From contig JBAVVD010000002.1 of the NCBI GenBank assembly GCA_049697115.1, positions 4,105 to 68,104 on the forward strand: a DNA stretch of 64,000 bases, written 5' to 3'. The position numbers and the translations under genes were made by a program. The notes beneath the pieces are model-generated. The model was not told the DNA's origin and did no database searches. It saw only the letters and a program-made list of their open reading frames with translations. Source of the stretch: Candidatus Aminicenantales bacterium (GTDB lineage Bacteria; Acidobacteriota; Aminicenantia; Aminicenantales; UBA4085). This document shows, in pieces, positions 33,291-42,625 of this stretch (position 1 is the stretch's first letter; the number at the start of each line of letters is the position of its first letter).

Positions 33291-33643
33291 TATTCCCCAT
33301 TCACCCAGTTCAGGGAAAAACGAATATGCTTTTTTAATAATGTCTTCAAATTGTCTTTGATTCCAATTTTTGGACGTTAAATGCTCTAATAGTAGAGGCG
33401 AATATTTAATTGATATTTTGGGCATTTCAAGGCCCTGTTAATCTATTAGGTTACTTGTTAGAAGGATAGCACCGATAGAGAGGGGAGTCAATGCGACAAG
33501 CAAACCTCTCCTCTTGTCACAAATATGTCACAAATTTGACTGAAAAACGCTGAAATTATGGTATTGTGATTGAAAGTAAGATTACTCGTAAATCGCTGAT
33601 ATTATTGATATTTCTCTTGAAATCAAGGCCTTATGAATCATGA

Positions 33644-33853
33644 GATTTATCCTTTTGCGAAGGCTTTGCTCCCGTGGCCAACAGGCAAGGGAAATGGGGG
33701 TTTATCGACACGAAAGGCAATGTGGTCATCCCTTTCCAGTATGACCTGGCCGACTGCTTCATCAACGGCTTGGTCTGTGTCCATGTACGGAATCATATCG
33801 GCTATATCGACCGCCGATGTCGCTGCGTCTGGGAGCTGGGAAAAACGACCTAA
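33644..33853 (+). pseudogene. fragment of a WG-repeat (KWG) protein gene
   Basis: The translation EGFAPVANRQGKWGFIDTKGNVVIPFQYDLADCFINGLVCVHVRNHIGYIDRR is a classic WG repeat. It lacks a start codon and begins directly after a stop. Confidence 0.5.
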
Positions 33854-34095
33854 GGATCTTCAACATTTATTCTAGAGCAATCCCAAGACAACTCCTCCGC
33901 CTGAGTTCGCCGCAATCGAGCAAGGGCTCCTCGATTTCGTCAAGGAGAAGTTCAAGAAGGGCGGATTTAGAAAGAGCCCAAATAGAGGGATGTTTAAAAG
34001 AAGAGAAAATACTCTATGTGAAAATGGCAGCGAACTCTTAAAGTAAAGTGCCATTGTATTCATTAAGGGAAAATGACCTATTTTTTCGCATGGTT

Positions 34096-35076
34096 TTAAA
34101 CCTGATTTATTTCCAATAATAAAATTTTTCTGTCCGATTTTTCTTCGCGGCTGCTATAATTCCTAATTATGGAATAGTACTTTTTATTTTCTAAGAAAGT
34201 CTCTCGCGTTCTCAATCTATTACCTTTCTCAAAAATAACTTTTATCTTGCCTTTATAAAATTTAACAGATCTCACCAGACGAAGAACAGGAACTCCTTCT
34301 CGTGTGGAATCACGGAAAAGCGATTTGCCTGCAAAAGCCCTAATAGGCCGGAAAAAATAAAATGGCTTAGCGTAATTTAACGTGGTCGAGAGATTCCTCT
34401 TTATTTTTTTAAAAGAGCTTTTTATTGGATTATCATGTGATGTTATTTCTTGGGGGCTTGGCATTTTTATATTTCCCCAATAACAGCTATCCTTTAGTCT
34501 TTCACCAAACCAATTCAAAAGCTCCGCTATATTTTTCCAAGCTATTTCGCCAGCTTCATTTCTCATAGCTAGCGCCCATAAAAAGCAAATTTGATTTGTA
34601 TAACTCCTCTCCCTAGCTTTTTTCCCTTCACGAAAAGGCATCGGGAAATACTTTTTGATGACTTCGTTTTCATACCTAAAAGTGGCCGCTTTCTTTTCTA
34701 GCCCAGCAATCTGATTATTTATGTTCTTCATGAACGGGTCGAGGCCATGGATAGACAAGATATGTTTTTCAAGTATTTTAAGACCTTTAAATTCTTTAAT
34801 GTTTGAGAAAGTAGGTAACCGGTTGAGATAGTATTTATTGAAATAAACTTTTAGAGTATGCGTTACTTTTTCTCGGATCTTTATTAATTCTTTAATTTCG
34901 TTTTCTATCTCATGCTTTGTTATTCCATTGATTTTCTTTGTAAATATTGACTTTCCCGCAAAAACATCGGCAATCACATGGGCAAAATTTATAAGATGAA
35001 ATTTGAAATATTCTATTAAGCCCTGATTGAGTGTTTGTGGACTCATGTCAGGGGGAATTGTGAATTTGTATTTCAT
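34096..35076 (-). CDS. hypothetical protein; AT-rich orphan (326 aa), the only cargo ORF left in the integrative element
   Basis: A long ORF in a region of about 30% GC whose codon usage is unlike its neighbours. I recognise no family; the single R-x4-H spacing (REKVTH) is noted only as weak. Confidence 0.6.
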   Translation of the reverse strand: MKYKFTIPPDMSPQTLNQGLIEYFKFHLINFAHVIADVFAGKSIFTKKINGITKHEIENEIKELIKIREKVTHTLKVYFNKYYLNRLPTFSNIKEFKGLKILEKHILSIHGLDPFMKNINNQIAGLEKKAATFRYENEVIKKYFPMPFREGKKARERSYTNQICFLWALAMRNEAGEIAWKNIAELLNWFGERLKDSCYWGNIKMPSPQEITSHDNPIKSSFKKIKRNLSTTLNYAKPFYFFRPIRAFAGKSLFRDSTREGVPVLRLVRSVKFYKGKIKVIFEKGNRLRTRETFLENKKYYSIIRNYSSREEKSDRKILLLEINQV

Positions 35077-35248
35077 ATTTCTCTGCTTTTATCTTTGATG
35101 TTTAATTTTGCTCTTATTTTATCATAGGAAATAAACACTGAGGGGAACTTTATTATTTTCGAAAAAAAATAAAGCTACCTTCCATTTCCCGAGGAAGTGC
35201 CAGAAAATGTAAATGAAAAACAATAATGAGGATAAAGGAGCATAAAAA

Positions 35249-35449
35249 ATGAAGAAACTTTTAGCGATTAAAGATGTGGCGGAAATCCTTGGAGTATCCC
35301 TCCGCACGCTTTATGGCTGGAGTTCGAAGGGCCGAAATTTGAGGTTTCGGAAAATCGGAAAATTCCTGCGCGTTACAGAGACTGATTTACAATCATTTAT
35401 CGACAAAAAGAATCAACCTAGACAGCAATCAAAAAACGGAAACTCCTGA
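35249..35449 (+). CDS. excisionase/AlpA-family HTH DNA-binding protein
   Basis: The translation IKDVAEILGVSLRTLYGWSSKG matches the excisionase-family HTH. AGGAG sits 8 nt upstream of the ATG. Confidence 0.7.
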   Translation: MKKLLAIKDVAEILGVSLRTLYGWSSKGRNLRFRKIGKFLRVTETDLQSFIDKKNQPRQQSKNGNS

Positions 35450-35501
35450 TAAGGACGTCTCTATATTCATTGAATAAAATCTTGCTGGAGTATAGCCACA
35501 G

Positions 35502-35840
35502 TTGTCAAGAAGAAGAGGGCGGAATTTCTCACGGTTGCCTTTCGTTATGCTAGGAAAGGATATGTTATTGAAGTGTCAAGAATGGAAAGATTTACGCCCA
35601 GCCGCGAAGATTATTTATATCTATATAAAATCCAAATACAACGGCGCGAATAACGGCAAAATCCGCCTTCATTACTCTGAACTCAAAGGCATAAAAGGTT
35701 TTGGCTCCCAGTCATCCATTTCCAGAGCCATTAAGGAACTTGAAAAGGAGGGCTGGATCAAAAGGACCAAATGTGGAGGTTTGCATCGCTATTTTAATGA
35801 ATATGAGCTAACTGGAATATTCGATGAACATCTCATTTAG
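35502..35840 (+). CDS. hypothetical winged-helix-like protein; possible regulator or initiator that binds the downstream repeats
   Basis: SISRAIKELEKEGWIKR has a recognition-helix-like segment. An alternative start is at 35547. Confidence 0.45.
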   Translation: MSRRRGRNFSRLPFVMLGKDMLLKCQEWKDLRPAAKIIYIYIKSKYNGANNGKIRLHYSELKGIKGFGSQSSISRAIKELEKEGWIKRTKCGGLHRYFNEYELTGIFDEHLI

Positions 35841-35881
35841 AGAAGATAATACATGGCATAATCTAAAAAGGCTCCAAATAG

Positions 35882-36100
35882 TGGAGAGTCAGAATTTATT
35901 TGACTCTACAGAATTTGGAGAGTCCGGGGGAGTTATCAGGGAGGAGGTTTTTCTTAAGAAATTTCTGATTCTCCAGAATATGGAGAGTGACTCTCCAAAA
36001 ATCAGAGCTGAGATCAAGAGACCTGGCTTAATTGGCATCTTTGTAAAACTTGATGCGGAGGACGCAGGACTCAATCTCAATTGCTAAGCTCTGGAGAGCG
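35882..36100. repeat. iteron-like array: four copies of TGGAGAGT(C/G), one embedded in the palindrome TGGAGAGTGACTCTCCA
   Basis: Copies at 35882-35890, 35916-35925, 35981-35997 and 36093-36100, plus an inverted partial copy GACTCT at 35903-35908. Confidence 0.55.
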
Positions 36101-36133
36101 AAAGAAAACAATAAATTTTTTTACGTGGAAAGC

Positions 36134-36382
36134 ATGGGCAAAGCTAAGGCCATAAGGCTTAAATGCTTGGATTGCAGCGGTGATTCTCCTAAGGAGGTGA
36201 CCTTATGTCACTTGGTCTCCTGTCCTTTATGGCCTTATCGGTTCGGATATTCGACCAACGATAAGCGCTACCAGAAACGCATGGAGACTGCCAAAAGAAA
36301 TTATCCTGATGAATATCTGGAGGTGATGAAAATGATAGCAGACCAGTCTCATAATGGCCAAAATTCATTGGGAAACACATAA
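36134..36382 (+). CDS. small Cys-rich protein (CxxC...C...C), putative zinc-binding protein of the mobile element
   Basis: MGKAKAIRLKCLDCSGDSPKEVTLCHLVSCPLWPYRFG. The listed ORF begins at 36050 with an implausible extension. Confidence 0.45.
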   Translation: MGKAKAIRLKCLDCSGDSPKEVTLCHLVSCPLWPYRFGYSTNDKRYQKRMETAKRNYPDEYLEVMKMIADQSHNGQNSLGNT

Positions 36383-36465
36383 ATGAGTTCAGTTTTCAAT
36401 GAGAACGGAGCTAATTAGGATTCACCTATTCACCAGTTGATCTGCCAGAGGAACATTATAATATT

Positions 36466-36681
36466 GTGCATCCGGAGGGCATAGTGAAGGAAATAATGAC
36501 GGTTGCCGAAGCCGCGGAACTCCTCTCGATCAATAAAAAAAGCCTCTATCGTCTCATGGCAGCACGCCGGATTCCCTTCATCCGCAAACCAGGAGTCGGC
36601 TACCGTCTTCTCCACTCTCAACTTATGGACTGGCTCCAGGAGGGCTTCGAGCCTCCCACCGGATGGGAAAACATGGTCTAA
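36466..36681 (+). CDS. excisionase-family HTH DNA-binding protein (second copy)
   Basis: The translation MTVAEAAELLSINKKSLYRLMAARRIPFIRK matches the excisionase-family HTH. Confidence 0.7.
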   Translation: MHPEGIVKEIMTVAEAAELLSINKKSLYRLMAARRIPFIRKPGVGYRLLHSQLMDWLQEGFEPPTGWENMV

Positions 36682-36746
36682 GTCCGATGTCTGATTTTGA
36701 ATTCTCCCAAGTTTTGGCGATAGATATATGAGGACTTATTCTGCTG

Positions 36747-37865
36747 ATGCGTGTTTTCAAGAGATCGGGCTCCTGGTATTTGGACGTCAACCTGGACGGT
36801 CGCCGCGTCCGCAGGTTAATTAAAGGAGCGAAGACGAGGTCCGAGGCCCAGGCCGCCCTTACCGCTGTCCAAGCGGATATCCTCCGAGGTCAGTTCAACT
36901 TTAAGTCCGAGAAAAAAATCCTCTTCGATGATTTTGCCGAGCTCTATTTTGAGCGTCACAGCAAGCCAAATAAACGTTCCTGGAAAAGGGACGTTACTTC
37001 CATTAAGGCTCTCTCCGGCCATTTTAAGGGGATGCCTTTATCGAAGATCACGCCCTTTTTAATCGAGAGCTATAAGCTGAAGCGCAAAGAGCAGGTCGAA
37101 GTCAGCAGCTTAAACCGCGAGCTTGCTTGCTTGAAGAATATGTTCACCAAAGCTATAGACTGGGGCTTTGCCTTGGAGAATCCCGTCAAGAAGGTAAAAC
37201 TTTTTAACGAAGAAAACCGTGAACGTTGGCGGATCCTGTCGTCCGAGGAAATCTCCGCCCTCCTAAGTCATTGTAGAAGCCCTTTGAAGGAGACAGTTCT
37301 CCTTGCCTTGAATACCGGCATGCGGATTGGCGAGATCATGGCTCTGCGATGGGATGACGTCGATTTTCTGAACGAATACATATTGATCCGCGACAGCAAA
37401 AGCGGCCGGTCACGGAAGGTCCCCCTCAATGAGATCGCGAAAAACGCGCTTCTGAGCTTGAGGGAAGCGACCGGAGCTTATGAATTTGTTTTCTATAATC
37501 CCAGGACAAGGACCTACACGAAATATCCGAGGAAGGCCTTCTGGAATGCATGCCGTAAGGCTGGTATATCGTCCCTGTGCTTCCATGACCTTCGCCATCA
37601 TGCGGCCTCGGCCATGGTTCAAGCAGGGGTCGATCTCCACACGGTTTCAAAAATTCTGGGCCATTCGACCATCAAATTGACGATGCGCTACAGCCATCCC
37701 GGCTTCGATCACACGAAAAACGCCGTCAAAGCCCTGGAGAGAATATTTGATGGAAAACCCGCTTTTGAAGAAAAGAATGGCACAAATATGGCACAAGCTA
37801 AAACAATAATACCTGCAACTTATAGAAATAAAATGATTTCTGGAACAAGCCAAGGGGATTCCTAA
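36747..37865 (+). CDS. tyrosine-type site-specific integrase (phage integrase family)
   Basis: N-terminal arm-binding region, a core-binding domain, and catalytic R...HDLRHH...R...Y (LTMRYSH). Its stop codon lies inside the adjacent tRNA-fragment anticodon loop. Confidence 0.9.
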   Translation: MRVFKRSGSWYLDVNLDGRRVRRLIKGAKTRSEAQAALTAVQADILRGQFNFKSEKKILFDDFAELYFERHSKPNKRSWKRDVTSIKALSGHFKGMPLSKITPFLIESYKLKRKEQVEVSSLNRELACLKNMFTKAIDWGFALENPVKKVKLFNEENRERWRILSSEEISALLSHCRSPLKETVLLALNTGMRIGEIMALRWDDVDFLNEYILIRDSKSGRSRKVPLNEIAKNALLSLREATGAYEFVFYNPRTRTYTKYPRKAFWNACRKAGISSLCFHDLRHHAASAMVQAGVDLHTVSKILGHSTIKLTMRYSHPGFDHTKNAVKALERIFDGKPAFEEKNGTNMAQAKTIIPATYRNKMISGTSQGDS

Positions 37866-37903
37866 TCCCTGTGTCGCCGGTTCGAGTCCGGCCAGGGGTA
37901 CCA
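37854..37903 (+). other. 3' half of tRNA-Arg(CCT), from the anticodon stem through the T-arm and acceptor 3' strand to CCA; a putative att site
   Basis: Anticodon loop TTCCTAA, T-arm GCCGG-TTCGAGT-CCGGC, and acceptor CAGGGGT-A-CCA. No matching 5' acceptor or D-arm lies upstream. Confidence 0.7.
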
Positions 37904-37943
37904 TCTTCTTCCTATAAAATCAACAGCTTCAAGGGAATTGCTT

Positions 37944-39188
37944 TTAAAGCGTTCTGTGCCTTGGTCTATGTTTTGATGGGCCGTTCTTGAATCCGTTTTT
38001 CTGGTGCCGTCTGGGTTGGCCTTTTTTTCTGGCCATGAATTCAAGGCTTCTATCCGTGGCGAAGAGTTCACTGCCGAAGGTCTTTATGGGAATCTGCATT
38101 CCGATGTAGGATTCAATGGCCTCAAGATGCTTGGAGAATTTTTCGCAGGCCAGTGAAACGGCCCTCCCGGAATTCCCCGCTCTTGCTGTGCGGCCGATTC
38201 GGTGGATGTAATTTTCGCAGTCCTGGGGAAGGTCATAATTGATAACCATTTCCAGGCCGTCGATATGAAGCCCGCGGGCGGCGACATCCGTCGCTACCAG
38301 GAACGGGAATCTGCCTTCTTTGAATTCTTCGAGGACCTTCGAGCGTTCCATTTGGGTGAGGTCTCCAGTGAGATAATGAGAGTGATAACCGTTCAGCTTT
38401 AGCTTTTTGGCCAGTTTGAACGCGGCATGCCGCATATTCGTAAAAATCAGGGCATTGCGCGGCGCGCTTTTTTGAAGAATCCCGAGAAGGAGATTGTCCT
38501 TGATATGGCTCTTCACGCGATAGAGCTCCTGGGAAATCGTCTCCACGGTTACCTGTTCGGGCGTCAATTCGATGATGGACGGATGATTCAGGTATTCCGC
38601 GGCGATCCCTCGGGAGATCCGGTCCAGCGTGGCGCTGAAAAGCATGCTCTGCCGGGCGTGGGGAGGAGGCATTTTCCGTAATAAATTCCTGAGGTCCGGC
38701 AGAAATCCCATGTCAAAGAGCCGGTCGGCTTCGTCGATGACAAGGAAACCGGTATCTCCTAATTTCAAAACGCCTCTTTGACTCAGATCTAGCAGTCGGC
38801 CCGGCGTGCCGATCATGATGTCGACGCCGGTCTTCAGCATCTTGAGCTGCGGACCGTAGCCAACGCCGCCGTAGAAGCTCCCGATTTTAAATCCGATGTA
38901 TCGATTCAGCAGAACGGCTTCTTCCTCGATTTGGGCGGCCAGTTCCCTGGTCGGCACAATGATCAGAGCTCTTTTTCTGATCGCTGGTCTCTCTTGAAGC
39001 ATCCGCTGAAAGAGCGTGATTAAAAACGCCGCTGTCTTTCCGGTTCCGGTCTGGGACTGAACCGCTGCGTCAAAGCCCTCCAGGGTTTTCGTCAGCGTTT
39101 GTTCCTGAACGGGAGTCGCTTCCGTGTAGCCCCTGGCCGCGATTCCGCGAAGGAGCCGGTCGTTGAGTTTTAGTGTGTTAAAAAACAT
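37944..39188 (-). CDS. DEAD-box ATP-dependent RNA helicase
   Basis: Q motif, Walker A TGTGKT, DEAD, SAT and HRIGRTAR motifs. Confidence 0.92.
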   Translation of the reverse strand: MFFNTLKLNDRLLRGIAARGYTEATPVQEQTLTKTLEGFDAAVQSQTGTGKTAAFLITLFQRMLQERPAIRKRALIIVPTRELAAQIEEEAVLLNRYIGFKIGSFYGGVGYGPQLKMLKTGVDIMIGTPGRLLDLSQRGVLKLGDTGFLVIDEADRLFDMGFLPDLRNLLRKMPPPHARQSMLFSATLDRISRGIAAEYLNHPSIIELTPEQVTVETISQELYRVKSHIKDNLLLGILQKSAPRNALIFTNMRHAAFKLAKKLKLNGYHSHYLTGDLTQMERSKVLEEFKEGRFPFLVATDVAARGLHIDGLEMVINYDLPQDCENYIHRIGRTARAGNSGRAVSLACEKFSKHLEAIESYIGMQIPIKTFGSELFATDRSLEFMARKKGQPRRHQKNGFKNGPSKHRPRHRTL

Positions 39189-39517
39189 CTTTAGTCCTTA
39201 TGTACTTGGATTAAAACATGAGGGGATGGTCGTCAGACGAAATTATCGTTCGGGAGGGAATAACAATTCGATATGATGACTTCCTTTCATATGTCTCGGC
39301 AGCCATTGTACATGAAACAAAACGATAATTCAACAGAAATTTATTGTTCTTAGCTAAATGACCTGATATTTTTCATGGTTTTGGAGATACCGACTGCAGG
39401 CCCCATCTTTAATTTTAATTTTTTGGGCTGTCTGTCTCTCTTGGCTTTTTAAGGAGAATGTGATAAAAATGGATTCTGCTTTTCCATGAGCCTTATGCCT
39501 TTGGAGTGAGATAAACA

Positions 39518-40568
<1,051 letters not shown>

Positions 40569-40631
40569 TCCTTGAAAAATTTGCCTATCAAATAGGAGTG
40601 AGGGAATTCACTCCTATTTTTTTTAGGGTCA

Positions 40632-41567
40632 ATGGAAGAAGTCAAGGTCGTTAAGAAGAGGATTTGGCTCAACATCCTTTTATTTGCCGTGACCATCCTC
40701 TCCACATTCATCGTCGGGCTCACCTGGAGCATCAGCTATCACTATGCGGATTCGCTTGCCGCAGACGTCAAATTCGCGCTCAATCCTGAAATTCTCTGGG
40801 CCCCCCAGATCCTCCTGTTGAGTCTTCTCTATGCGGCCGTTCTCATGACCATTCTTTTAGGCCATGAATTGGGGCATTACCTGACTTGCCGCCGCTATCA
40901 GATTAACGCCACATTGCCCTTTTTTATTCCCGCGCCCACTCTGGTCGGCACGCTGGGAGCTTTTATTAAGATCAAATCCCCCATCACGAGGAAACAGCCG
41001 CTTTTTGACATCGGTGTGGCCGGTCCGCTCACCGGATTTTGTCTTTCCCTTCCGGCGCTGGTCATCGGCCTTTCTCTGTCCAAGACCGTGCCTTCTCTTC
41101 CATCCGAAGGAACCCTGGTTTTTGGAGAGCCGCTTTTACTCAAGTTCATCGGCGGCCTCATTTTCAAAAACATCCCCCTCGGCCATGACATTATCCTTCA
41201 TCCGGTCGCCTTTGCCGGATGGGTCGGCATTCTGGTCACGGCGCTCAACCTTTTTCCTCTCGGACAGCTGGATGGAGGGCATATTGCTTACGCCGCGCTG
41301 GGCTCAAAGTCAACATTGATCAGCCGCTTCTTCCTCGGCTTCTTTTTTGTCATGGGAATCTTTTTCTGGGTGGGGTGGCTCATCTGGGGATTGATTATCA
41401 TGTTTTTAGGATTAAAGCATCCGCGTATTCTGGATGAAGAAGTCCCCCTGACTCCATCCCGTAAACTCATTGGATTTCTTGTCCTGGTGATTTTTATTCT
41501 CTCTTTCATTCCTGATCCCATAAAGGGATATAGTCTTCTGGATACGATCAAGCAGTTCGGATTCTGA
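40632..41567 (+). CDS. site-2 protease family (M50) intramembrane metalloprotease
   Basis: HELGHY zinc motif inside a transmembrane segment; a polytopic protein with no PDZ domain. Confidence 0.75.
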   Translation: MEEVKVVKKRIWLNILLFAVTILSTFIVGLTWSISYHYADSLAADVKFALNPEILWAPQILLLSLLYAAVLMTILLGHELGHYLTCRRYQINATLPFFIPAPTLVGTLGAFIKIKSPITRKQPLFDIGVAGPLTGFCLSLPALVIGLSLSKTVPSLPSEGTLVFGEPLLLKFIGGLIFKNIPLGHDIILHPVAFAGWVGILVTALNLFPLGQLDGGHIAYAALGSKSTLISRFFLGFFFVMGIFFWVGWLIWGLIIMFLGLKHPRILDEEVPLTPSRKLIGFLVLVIFILSFIPDPIKGYSLLDTIKQFGF

Positions 41568-41593
41568 ATAGAAAGACAGGGGCAGTAAAAGTT

Positions 41594-41624
41594 ATTCACA
41601 AAATCTACGGAAAAATTGTGAATA
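41594..41624. promoter_or_regulatory. perfect 9-bp inverted repeat TATTCACAA-N13-TTGTGAATA; an operator-like palindrome
   Basis: It lies in the intergenic region upstream of the zinc-ribbon membrane protein gene. Confidence 0.3.
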
Positions 41625-41806
41625 TCTTTCCAAGCGGAAGGCCAAATTTACGAAATTTCTTTAACATAGGGCCATCTGCACAAAAATTCGTCATCTTCCC
41701 CCAGGCCCCATTTTTCATTGTATTGGGCAATTTTGGGCCCATATTCGGATTTGAATTTGTTCAAAAGAAATGATTTAATGAGATATACGGCGACGAGAAA
41801 AAAGAG

Positions 41807-42625
41807 GTGAGGGAAATGGAAAATCAATTTAAAGAAATAGAAGAAGCTTTTGACGAATTGAAAAAGAAATTCCAGAGAGGGGAGATATCCCGGCAGATGT
41901 TTATCGACGGGATGAAAAAGATGCGTCTCAAGGATGAGCAGGATCATTTTTGGATGATTGGAGCCCAGAGCGGTAAGTGGTATTACTATGACGGAAAAGA
42001 TTGGGTGCAGTCTGATCCGCCTTCCCAGAAAGAACAAAAGGCCATTTGTATCTACTGCGGATTTGAAAACAACCTGGAATCAGAGGTTTGTGCCCGCTGT
42101 GGAGGGAATCTTGGAGAGGTCGAAAAAGTCTGCCCGAAATGCGGAGCCGAACTTCAGGAGCCGGACCTGGTGTGTCCAGCCTGCAGCCGCGGGCCGGAAA
42201 AGGAAGAACCTGCCGTTGAAGAGGCCAAAGAGGAAAGGCCGGAAGGCCACATTCTTCGATCGCTCCACCCTGTCTCTGTTCTCTATTTCACAGGAACTCT
42301 GGGAATTTTTACGGGTCTTATTCTGGGGGCTTTTGCCGGGGCGACATCTTTTTTTTCAGAGTTGACTTCAATCCTGCCGGCCGCCCTGCGCGATTTACAG
42401 GGCAAATTATTGGGCGCCATTATATTTGCCGCCTCCGGAGGCGTGGCCGGCTTCCTGGCGATTGGCACTCTCGGATTTTTATTGGCGCTTTTTATAAATT
42501 TGGCCCTGTCTTTTGTCGGCGGAGTAAAAATCATGCTTCTCCCGGCGCCCAGGAAAGAGAAAATTAGCGAAGAAAAGAAAGAGAGGAAAAAAGGCTTGGG
42601 TTTTGACTTTAATCTGAAAGATTGA
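41807..42625 (+). CDS. membrane protein with an N-terminal cytoplasmic double zinc-ribbon region and C-terminal transmembrane helices
   Basis: Two CxxC...CxxC ribbons, then Gly/Ala-rich transmembrane helices. It sits downstream of the S2P gene. Confidence 0.55.
   Translation: MREMENQFKEIEEAFDELKKKFQRGEISRQMFIDGMKKMRLKDEQDHFWMIGAQSGKWYYYDGKDWVQSDPPSQKEQKAICIYCGFENNLESEVCARCGGNLGEVEKVCPKCGAELQEPDLVCPACSRGPEKEEPAVEEAKEERPEGHILRSLHPVSVLYFTGTLGIFTGLILGAFAGATSFFSELTSILPAALRDLQGKLLGAIIFAASGGVAGFLAIGTLGFLLALFINLALSFVGGVKIMLLPAPRKEKISEEKKERKKGLGFDFNLKD

Noticed and set aside
35824-36087. 87-aa ORF spanning the iteron array
   Set aside because: The reading frame is mostly the repeat array itself (MESDSPK from GGAGAGTGACTCTCC). 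It is more likely non-coding origin or operator DNA.
37800-37903. Complete tRNA-Arg gene at the integrase 3' end
   Set aside because: Only the 3' half folds. The upstream sequence (TGATTTCTGGAACAAGCCAA) cannot form the acceptor 5' strand or a D-arm. The GLEPAT antisense ORF is just the T-arm translated.
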